DNA of 63,273 bases, counting the filler, from Reticulomyxa filosa (taxonomy: Eukaryota; Protista; Foraminifera), in assembly GCA_000512085.1 (NCBI GenBank). It is 19 parts of 19 records of this genome, joined end to end, with 100 filler letters (N's around TTAATTAATTAA, not from the genome) between each part and the next. Parts side by side here need not be neighbours in the genome. Positions count along the whole stretch, not along the records: positions 53,824 to 54,899 come from ASPP01004201.1; positions 55,000 to 56,244 come from ASPP01002879.1; positions 56,345 to 57,842 come from ASPP01001700.1; positions 57,943 to 60,233 come from ASPP01020656.1; positions 60,334 to 61,976 come from ASPP01027862.1; positions 62,077 to 63,273 come from ASPP01024990.1; 13 more parts are not named here. One strand, 5' to 3'. The notes under the pieces were generated by a model. The model was not told the origin of the DNA and did not search any database. It saw only the letters and a list, made by a program, of their open reading frames with translations. Both the position numbers and the translations under genes were made by a program. Below, one piece after another: positions 54,307 to 63,273 of this stretch; positions within the stretch are counted from its first letter, which is position 1, and the number at the start of each line of letters is the position of its first letter.

Positions 54307-54999
54307 TTATTCACTTATTTATGAATTTTAATATTTTGAATGGAAGCGTATTATTCTCATTATACTTTTTCTTTCTTCTTTACAATCTCACATTAAGTGC
54401 ATTAGCATTTTGAATTAAAAAATTATCCAAATGTCTGTATCTCTTTTATTGTCATAAAATAATAATGACATCACTTGTAACAAGAGCAATGCAATGACAA
54501 CAAGAGAAGGGAAAACCCTACAAAAATATATTACTAACGAACCTTCTTCTTTGTTTGTTAGTCGTAAGAGATTTAAAAAGAAAAATGGAGCAAACATCAA
54601 CAATGGTTTGTTTTTTCTTTTCTTTTTCTTTGTTTCTAGTGTTCTTAAGTATGGATATGCACTCTTTTAATAAAACTAAAGCGAAAAGCAAAGGTATTAG
54701 TTTTATACTACTCCACATGGGGACATATTCGTCAGATGGCTGTAGAGGTAGCAACTGGACTGAAAGAATCTGGTTTGTTTGTACCAATGGGAAATTTTTT
54801 TATTTATTTATTTGCTAAAGGTGTGTGTGTTTTTATTGTGTTAATGTACTTATAAAAAATACGTAAGGATGCGATGTACACATTAAGCAAATACCTGAAN
54901 NNNNNNNNNNNNNNNNNNNNNNNNNNNNNNNNNNNNNNNNNNNTTAATTAATTAANNNNNNNNNNNNNNNNNNNNNNNNNNNNNNNNNNNNNNNNNNNN

Positions 55000-55205
55000 G
55001 ATTTAAATCAAATTGAAAATCTTTGGTGTATAGTAAAGACAATATTCACAAAAAAGTACTATTTAATACAACTGAAGAAATTTGGAAACAATTCGAAACA
55101 GAACGTGAAAAAATTGAAACAAATATTTGTGAAACCTTAATAAAGTCGATTCCAAAGAAAATATAATCAGTTAAAAAAGTCAAAGGAAATATAACAAGTA
55201 GGTAA
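55000..55205 (+). mobile_element. Tc1/mariner transposase C-terminal remnant
   Basis: DLNQIENLW..LIKSIPK..VKKVKGNIT matches the SPDLNPIENLW..SMP.R..V..AKG consensus. Confidence 0.7.
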
Positions 55206-56344
55206 ACTTGAATTAAATTTTAAAAAACAAATCTTATCATAATCAGACAACCACAAAAAATTTTTTTAAAGTAAATATGTGAATATTTACTTAAATATGC
55301 ATATTATATATTTATATGAATTATCATTATTATTATTTTGTAGTGCATAAATGTACATTATTTTTTTTTAATGATGTGTATTTATGTACGCAATGACAAA
55401 AAAAAATGACAAATACTATTTAATTGACAATGATTGTGATAATGTAATGAATATTGTTAGCGTTAGCTTTCGAAAGACGTACTGTTCCACTTTTTCTTTT
55501 TTTCAAATTAGTTCTATTCGTATTCCAAAAATGGGACAGTCTCCCACAGAATTCCCAATTCATGCAATCATATTATTGCTGCTATCACTATTCAGAAAAG
55601 ATAAGCTTTCATAACAACTCTTCGCTTAAAATACTTTTTTATTATTCAAATAAAAAATTTGCCTTATGAGTCACAAATTCAAAAATCGAATGTTTACTCC
55701 TTCCTGGTGTGGATGAAATTGTTAATATTGACCGTTTCCTCTTTAGAATGATGCCAATTGCATTTTATTTGTTGTTTTTGTACAGCATTTGATTAAATTA
55801 TTCAATTGGCTACAAAGAAAACAAAATGGTAGAAAAACAATAAAGCAATAGAGTGAATTGTTGCCATGAATTTGTATTTTTTCAAATCAATTTTTTGTAA
55901 CATCTCTTGAAACATACAACAATGCTATTCCAAATTTGTATTTACATAAATTCTTGTACTTTTTTGTCAGCACAAAACATCAGGGCGTGCAGCCACAACA
56001 CAAAGTCTTCGAAATTAGCAGCAAACAATAAATAGGCTCGCTTGCTAACCCTATTGTCATAAGCAATGATTTTTGCGAGTTAAAAAAAATTTCAAAAATA
56101 AACGCTTAACTGTATCCCAGATATCTCAAAACAACGCAAGTCTTTTTCAATCACTCGAATGGCTCTCCCTTCAAGATAACAGGTGATCGCAACGGCTCTT
56201 CTTTATCCTTGTACGCTCTGAAATTCTGTTGTTGTTTTTTTTTTNNNNNNNNNNNNNNNNNNNNNNNNNNNNNNNNNNNNNNNNNNNNTTAATTAATTAA
56301 NNNNNNNNNNNNNNNNNNNNNNNNNNNNNNNNNNNNNNNNNNNN

Positions 56345-57770
56345 AACTGGAAGGATTATTTAAGATATTTTTTTATCAAATTTTTTTAAGATTTTGGAAC
56401 AAATGTTTTTTTAGATGATTGAAATAAAAACACCCAATTGGTTGTTTGGTTTTATAATTGTACTTTTCTTTTGTTTTATTTATTGCCATGTCCTATTTTG
56501 GTCCAGGTGCTTTTCAACTTGCTTTGTTTGCACTTTGGGGATGGGAAAAGGGCTAAAAACAGTGATAAGTGAGGATGAAGCAAGGAGTAGTCTGACACCT
56601 TCACGCCCTCCCAGTGCAAAAGCTTAAAAGAAATCCTCTCGAATTACGACGAAGACAAGAAGGGGTGAAGTTTTATCACAAATTTATCAGATAGTCAGGT
56701 CAATTCAATAGTCATAAGCTTGTATTGCATACAAGATTTGGAATGAATCAAGACCCCACAATCAAATAAATTACCATTTGCGATCTTCAATGAACCAACA
56801 TCAGATGAAATTTTGTCATCATTGGATTTTGATTGCAATGTGATATTTTGTGATTGAAGTAAGTTTCCGAATCCTGGAATTGAATGAGCAGGACTTGTCA
56901 TTCATGATCCATATTTACCACAATAGCTGGAGTTGGAATATTCAATCAATGGATTACAACAAACATTTGATCAGAGACCGAAGCAATTAGACTTGCATTG
57001 GAATATGTGAGTAATCATTACAGATCACATTGTGGAAGAGTGATTATTCTCACTTATTGCAAATTCGTGATTAATTCGATATTTAACAAATGGGATTCTG
57101 ATATCTATAAATTGCCAATTATTGATTGTCGGAAGATATTGCGATCATTTAATGAAGATAATTCTCAGATATCTATTGAATCAAAGGTCATTCTGGAAAT
57201 GATAAAGTGGATCTTGTTGCAAATAATGCTCGCAAGAAAGCTCAGCAATTGCAATCAGATTTGGTTCAACAGCATAAATCAGCAGCATTCCTGAATAATC
57301 ATGGATTAAATCCCTTCTTTACATAGCAATGAAATAGACATTGGATTTGCGAAGGGATTGATATTCCAAGACATGTAATTTCTTATCTAACCTGATGGAG
57401 GCTCAATCATTTGAAAAGATTGTATTACATTCATTGACATTTAGCGAACGCAAGATCATTTGTCGATTGATTACTGTCAAAATTGGATTGAATGATTATT
57501 TGCATAATATACAAAGATCAAATTTTCCTGATTGTGTTTGGTGTGATGAAGAAGAAACTGTCGAGCACTTCCTGATGGAATGTTTGCAGTACATTGAATT
57601 ACGTCGCAGTTGGTGGATAAATGTCCAAGAATTGTTTCATTGTCAGTGACAACACATTGATATCTGGAAGCAATTCATTATTGGGGATCATCGTTGAAAT
57701 TAGATGTCATGATCAAAGTTGTAAAATCAGCAGCCAAGTTCGTAGTCGATACCAACCCATCTAAAAAAAA
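56345..57770 (+). mobile_element. LINE 3' end/UTR followed by a degenerate RNase H and Cys/His region of another copy
   Basis: 56345-56481 resembles 53588-53721. KGHSGN; KIGLNDYLH..CVWCDEEETVEHFLMEC; ends in CAACCCATCT-A8. Confidence 0.8.
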
Positions 57771-57942
57771 TTTTCAATTTGTCCATTCTTGGCATCATTG
57801 AAGTTGTGAGCTAGTTGAATTAGTTCTGCTCATTAACATCAANNNNNNNNNNNNNNNNNNNNNNNNNNNNNNNNNNNNNNNNNNNNTTAATTAATTAANN
57901 NNNNNNNNNNNNNNNNNNNNNNNNNNNNNNNNNNNNNNNNNN

Positions 57943-59920
57943 ACTGGGTGAACTGGGCCACCACGCCGACCCATCCAGTCGAAGCAGCAACATCGCCGCG
58001 CATGGCGAAGAAGGCCTTGGCGATGTAGTCGACCAAAGGGTCTGCAACCAATGTCGCGGCAAACAAGCCGATCACCGCCAGCGCCGGGCGAACGAACAAG
58101 GCCATCAGGAGCAAGTAGCCTTGCGCTTCCGACCCTACGAAGGTCTGGCTCGGACGCATGTGCATGATTGCCCACAACGGTGCGGCGATGACTGTTTGGA
58201 TCACCCCGAGCACCCAGCCGACCACCGTCACCATGAAGATGGTGTAGGGCAGACTCGGAAGGAACACGCCGAAGTAGAAGGCAAGTACGCCGATGTACAT
58301 CTCTAGCTTGGCAAATATCTTGAGCGGTACTTCGAGCAGCCACTCCCAGATCGGATCGGTGACGCCCCGGAAGTCGGCCTTGTTGCCCATGATTTCGACT
58401 CCACCCACCGCACCGACTACGACGCGGGTCGCAGTCATCGTCGTTTTGATGGTGAATTCGGCCGCCCAGAGCATTGCTTGGTACGAGGCCAGCAGGTCGC
58501 CGGTCAGCTTCATCCGGCTGATCGCGTCCGTGCCTGATCCGCTCCCGATGGCGAGGTCTGTGGCCTTCTTCATCATGTCGTTCATGAGCAGCGTCGTCTT
58601 GGTGGACATATCTGCATCCAACGAGCCGACATTCACGTCACTGGTTTTGTCCCGAGGCAGCAAGCTCGCCATGTCTTCGGGCTTGACGGTGGTCGAACCG
58701 GCATAGCCGTTGCCCGCCAGCTCGGCCTTCTTGACGATGGTTTCAGCGATGGTCGTCACGCTTGCTTTAAGCAGGCTAGACCGGGCATCGTCCGGGAGGC
58801 CTGACAGTGACGGTGTGGTGACGCCTCCCACCGATTCACTGGTGATTGCTCCCACCTTGGTGCGCAGCAGACCGACACGCTGATACCAGCCACCGGCCAT
58901 TGCCCAACCCTCCTTCGTCATGTCTGCGACGAAGGAAGTGACGCCGTTGTTGATCGAGGACTCCCCCGAGGACATCTGGTTCGCAATCGCGGCCACGATC
59001 TGATCCTCCCGGTTCTTCACGATGACGTTGAACTGCGACGACTGAACGTTTGTCCAGCCGGGCTGGTTAATGTCACTGGGCATGGTGTTGACCCAGTTGT
59101 CGATGTCTTGCATCAGCCCCATCGCAGCAGCGGCCTTCTGGCTCATCAAACCAGCGCGCACGTTGTCGAGTGCGGCTTGTGTGCCCGAGGTGTCGCTGTA
59201 GTTGCCGGAGGGGGAGTAGGTGGTCAACGTGACCGTGCCGCAGATCGGCTCACCGCCGCCGAGGTTGGTTGCTGCATTCCGATCCTTGATGAAGAAGGTG
59301 TAGTCGGTACGGGTGCCGGTGACGACTTGCTTATCGGCTGCGGCCGAATCCGCCATCACTGAGGGATTACCTGCCGCATCCGAGTAGATGGTGTTGGCCG
59401 CGCGAGCGCAGTAAGCCGCTGCAAGGTACTGCTTGGCGAAGTCACGCAGGCCGAAGTAGGTGCCCGTCTGGTAGGAGGTGGCGACGATGCCGTCCGGCTT
59501 GAGCAACCCCATGCCCATGCCAAGGCTGTAGATCGAGTTGGCGAAGCCGATGCCCCACAAAGAGATCATCAGCACAAGCATCTGGATGAAGCTGAACCCG
59601 CTGGTCGATGGCAGAAGAACGGCCCCACCAGCGACGATCCGCACCGGTGTCCAGACGGTGCTCCACGCCTTTCCCATCGCTTCGCCGTCGTTCGCCGTAT
59701 TGACCGCGCCCATCGTGGCCACGTAGGAAACGATGATCGATCCGACGACGAGGATGCCGGAGTTGAAAACGGTGAACAGCGTTGCAAGCAGGTTGCTTGC
59801 TGCGGCAACGGTATTGGGGTCTTGCCCCTTCACCAGCACATCAATGATCGGGCCAAAGATGTGGCCAAGGATGCCGACTGTCACGTCGTCCTGCGAAGGT
59901 GAGAAAGGCATCTGGGCCAT
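57943..59920 (-). CDS. traY: Bacterial DotA/TraY family type IVB secretion/conjugation membrane protein (3' truncated)
   Basis: LGHIFG, FNSGIL, TANDGEAMGK.WS.VWTPVR, GIGFAN, GWAMAGGWY, FLPSLPY, AAPLW..H, GYLLL..RP.L; GC-rich, with a GGAG ribosome-binding site. Confidence 0.92.
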
Positions 59921-60029
59921 GTGTCCGACTCCGATCAGTTCTTTTGCGCTTGAGAGAATTTTAGGCGATACTGCATACAAGTGCAACTATACGCAGTGGC
60001 GCCAAAAAAGCTATGCTCTTTGCGCGACA

Positions 60030-60073
60030 CACAATGATTCACACAGTGTTATCACAGTGTTTGACACATTGTT
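60030..60073. promoter_or_regulatory. Four phased CACAnTGwT direct repeats in a divergent intergenic region (operator/iteron-like)
   Basis: CACAATGAT at 60030, CACAGTGTT at 60042, CACAGTGTT at 60053, CACATTGTT at 60065. Confidence 0.55.
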
Positions 60074-60123
60074 TAGGCGTTTCGGTTGCGCCTAATAAAT
60101 CGTCTTTTTGGAAGGAGTCGGAA

Positions 60124-60233
60124 ATGCAGATTGAGTCTGTTTTTTCGGGTGCGCAGGTGCCCGACGTGAAGGCCGCGATTCGAGCCGTGCGCGAGCGTGT
60201 GACAGCGTTGGCCGACACGGTGCTGAGGCCGAT
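60124..60233 (+). CDS. Bacterial ORF, N-terminus only
   Basis: AAGGAG ribosome-binding site, then MQIESVFSGAQVPDVKAAIRAVRERVTALADTVLRP up to the contig end. Confidence 0.55.
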
Positions 60234-61344
60234 NNNNNNNNNNNNNNNNNNNNNNNNNNNNNNNNNNNNNNNNNNNNTTAATTAATTAANNNNNNNNNNN
60301 NNNNNNNNNNNNNNNNNNNNNNNNNNNNNNNNNTTTTATTTCCCATTTTTTGAATATATTTCCATTCCAAGCAATTATAACTTTGACGAAGAAATTCTTC
60401 AAATTTCAGCTCTTTCATTTCTATCAATGTTTTTCTTTTATCCACTTTCACATATGCCGTTAACTATTTTGTTTTTTGTTATTGTAATTCAGATGAAAAA
60501 AACAAAAGTAAATTTATTTGTTATAATTTCAATTATATTTATCGAAGAGCTAGTAATATAATCGCACTTATGCATACTAACATAATGTAATGTCATTACA
60601 AGCAGATAGTTTAGAATTGCTTTTTTTATTATTTTTAATTAGTGATCTTATCTTTAACAAAGCAATAGCGTTTTATTTATTTCTCTTCGTTTTTATCATT
60701 TTTAGTTCATTTTCTGGCTTTAATACAAGATATCAATTGGACTGTATTTAAATCAAACACATTAATTTTATATTTTGAATAAGTGCTAAGTAGCAACCAT
60801 TGCGCATGCTTTTTGATAATTTTTTCATATGAATTGACAGTTGTATGTTTGTGAAAGGATTGATTATAATTATTTAATTCATTCATTCCATTATCATTAC
60901 TCTAAATGCTTACATATTTCATCACCAATTTATGTTTCACATATCCACTAAAAAACAACAAAGTGCGTTCATTACGTTGAAAATATATTGGCTTTGTTTA
61001 ATTTGTTTTTTAGGAAATATTTATATTATAATTCGCGTATCCATGTTGTTAACGTAAGCAGTTTTGACTTTTCTCTGAATAATTTATGTGCAAACAATTT
61101 ATGCATTTCGAAACATCAAAAGAATCAAAGAATATACATTATGTTGAATAAAAAACTGAACACTAAAATGCCACTTTATGAAGATTATTGATTTTCTCCA
61201 TGAAAAACAGACATTTAATCACAATTTTTTAAAAAATATTTTAGTTTTTAAATATGTAATTTATTTTTGAATAACTTTTTTTGATTTGGATAAAAATATC
61301 ATTTTTTCATATGATTTTTGCAAAAAATTAAAAAGTTTTATTTA

Positions 61345-61810
61345 TTACCATTTTGTTGGTTTTCCTTTAGCATCAATTAAAGCTTGGATCCTTCTTGGCA
61401 TGGAGGCAATTAAGTCGTGACATAGCTTTTTTCTGTTTTTTCCCAAAATGTTTCGAATTTTTCCCATAATTGTTGTTTTATGCGAAATTTCGCCTCTGTG
61501 TAAAGTTTAATTTTCAATATCCACCACAAGTTTTCAATTGGATTTAAATCAGAAAAATTTAGTGGAAATTTTACTAACTTTACGTAATTTTCTTCAAACC
61601 AAAGCAAGCCCAAACCATAATGCTGCCACCACCAAATCTTGACCTGGCCTTTTCCAAGCATATTTGATACAATCACTTCCACACAAATTAATCTTTGTTT
61701 CATCTGAGAAAATAATCTTTTTCCAATCATCCACAATCCAATGCTTGTATTGTTTGCAAATTCAAGCCTTTCGATAATATGTCTTTCTTCTAGTTTGGTT
61801 TTTTCTTATT
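61345..61810 (-). mobile_element. Degenerate Tc1-family transposase
   Basis: RLEFA..W..FS(DE), SDLNPIENLWWILK, SMPRRIQALIDAKGKPTKW*. Confidence 0.85.
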
Positions 61811-62076
61811 TGTCAGATCTAAGGCTCGAACCGTTAATAAGCATTCCAACACCTTTTCTAAAAGAATCAATATGCTTGCCAATCTCAAAGATTACAATTT
61901 TACTTCAGACAAAAAAAAAAATAAAAAATTGACAAAATTACCTTAAAAAAAATTTTAAAAGCAACTAAAAAAAAATNNNNNNNNNNNNNNNNNNNNNNNN
62001 NNNNNNNNNNNNNNNNNNNNTTAATTAATTAANNNNNNNNNNNNNNNNNNNNNNNNNNNNNNNNNNNNNNNNNNNN

Positions 62077-62309
62077 CTATTGCCAAAGTGCATGCAAAAA
62101 CTACTTCTACTGTAACTCATCAACATCCCGAAGTTGAGCAAAAAACAGCTGATGAACCTACAAACAACGACAACAACTCTTTGGAACAACCAAGAGATGT
62201 TTCTCAATTAATCACACTTGCTGAAAACGAGCTCGAGGAGTTAAAAAAAAAAGCTTTGGCTAAAGGTCTCATTCAAAATCAAGATCAAACACAAAAAATA
62301 ACTAATTGA
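62077..62309 (+). CDS. 3' end of an unidentified ORF
   Basis: Open frame from the contig start to TGA at 62309 with coding-like composition. Confidence 0.3.
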
Positions 62310-62827
62310 TTTCTTTTTCCTCCAATTTTTGCCTAATGTTGAATAACCTTTCTAGTTTTGTTGTAATTATTGTCATTATTGGCAATTGTCTTGTTTGGTC
62401 ATTGATTTAACAGCCACAAAAAATTAAGCATTTAAAATGAAATTACTTTTAGTCATAGCTCTGTCCAAAACTTGACATTTTTGGAAATGTCCCTCTTCCT
62501 TACTTTGCATTTTTAAGTTTGAATGAAACAGTTTCAGAAATTTTTTTCTGTTTTTTAATGGGCTTGCATTGCAAAATTTTTTGCAATAAAATAAAAAATT
62601 AAAATGCTTTTGTTGGAGAAAACCGTAAGAAATCTATCATGAATATTTTGTAACCTTTGATAAAGTAAATAACCGTATCTAAATTGAGATGAAATAACTT
62701 TATAATCACAACAAATACTAATACAAATAACTTAGGAAACTATTTGAAAGACGTGATTAATCGTTTAAAATGGTTTAAGTGAAAGGTTTACTTCAAAAAG
62801 AGAAATTTCTTGTTTTTTTTAATTGTA

Positions 62828-63110
62828 ATGAATCCTAATACTTTAAACAAAACAGAAGAAAAAGAAACTCCATTGTTTGAAATCTTGCCTACTTTACCTA
62901 CTCCTCTTTATCTTGGTCAATGTATTGTTCATAATTCTGAGTTACTTCTATGTGGAGGCTACAATAATTGTTATTCTTTTAATACACTTAATAATCAATA
63001 CAAGTTTATCTGTTCTTATCCAAAAGATATTTTATTATAGGGTCATTGTGTTGTTAAATACAACAATAATAAAAATGATGGTTGTGATAATATTATATTA
63101 TCAACAAATG
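62828..63110 (+). pseudogene. Kelch-motif family pseudogene (Reticulomyxa-type expanded family)
   Basis: FEILPTLPTPL..QCIVH..ELLLCGG..CYSFNTLNNQYKFICSYP..L*GHCVVK, with an in-frame TAG at 63038 and decay afterwards. Confidence 0.7.
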
Positions 63111-63273
63111 TGAAAAGTAATATTAATTATGGATAAATAATAAATTAAATAATAAAGAAAAACAATGGATAATAGAAGAAGATAAACAAAATGAAATGAA
63201 AGAAATAAAAGATCAATTACAAAAAGTTGAATCTAATTTTCATATAAAATATATAAAAGTTTTGTATTATATT

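Noticed and set aside
54518-54899. Minus-strand gene end
   Set aside because: Only a few codons plus an intron are visible, too little to call.
51976-63040. TAG reassignment suggested by in-frame TAGs at 51976, 51991 and 63038
   Set aside because: These occur only in decayed sequences that also have frameshifts. Intact genes have no internal stops, and the Rab gene ends in TAG.

Overview
This window is not one locus. It is 19 unrelated assembly contigs joined by an artificial 100-nt spacer (44 N + TTAATTAATTAA + 44 N, 18 copies). Sixteen contigs are AT-rich, intron-containing eukaryotic DNA. A Kelch-family remnant, A/T-rich short introns and many pseudogenes point to a foraminiferan such as Reticulomyxa filosa; this is inferred from recalled family resemblance, not a search. 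Eukaryotic genes include MPDU1, a ZnT/CDF transporter, a monoamine oxidase, a coiled-coil-SPRY protein, a Rab1-like GTPase, a tiny spliced eL41 missed by the ORF track, a C2H2 zinc-finger factor with a 14-nt microexon, an ABC1/ADCK kinase, VPS9, TPR, cullin-3, Rpp21-like, copine-WW, VTT, F-box/FDXACB1-like, ATG8, RGS, FKBP, PX and SCCPDH genes, and a candidate 2H phosphoesterase. There are also decayed RNase H-containing LINEs (one with a TSD-flanked structured insert), Tc1 remnants and a chromodomain relic. Three GC-rich contigs are bacterial: HD-GYP/flagellin, CoA-transferase III/GrdB-like, and DotA/TraY. I found no single unambiguous new multi-gene system. The best leads are the unusual splice-donor usage (GTT-rich, GC-AG, microexon), the nested structured retroelement tail, the 2H phosphoesterase and two domain fusions. 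Several frame breaks at homopolymers are most likely sequencing errors.
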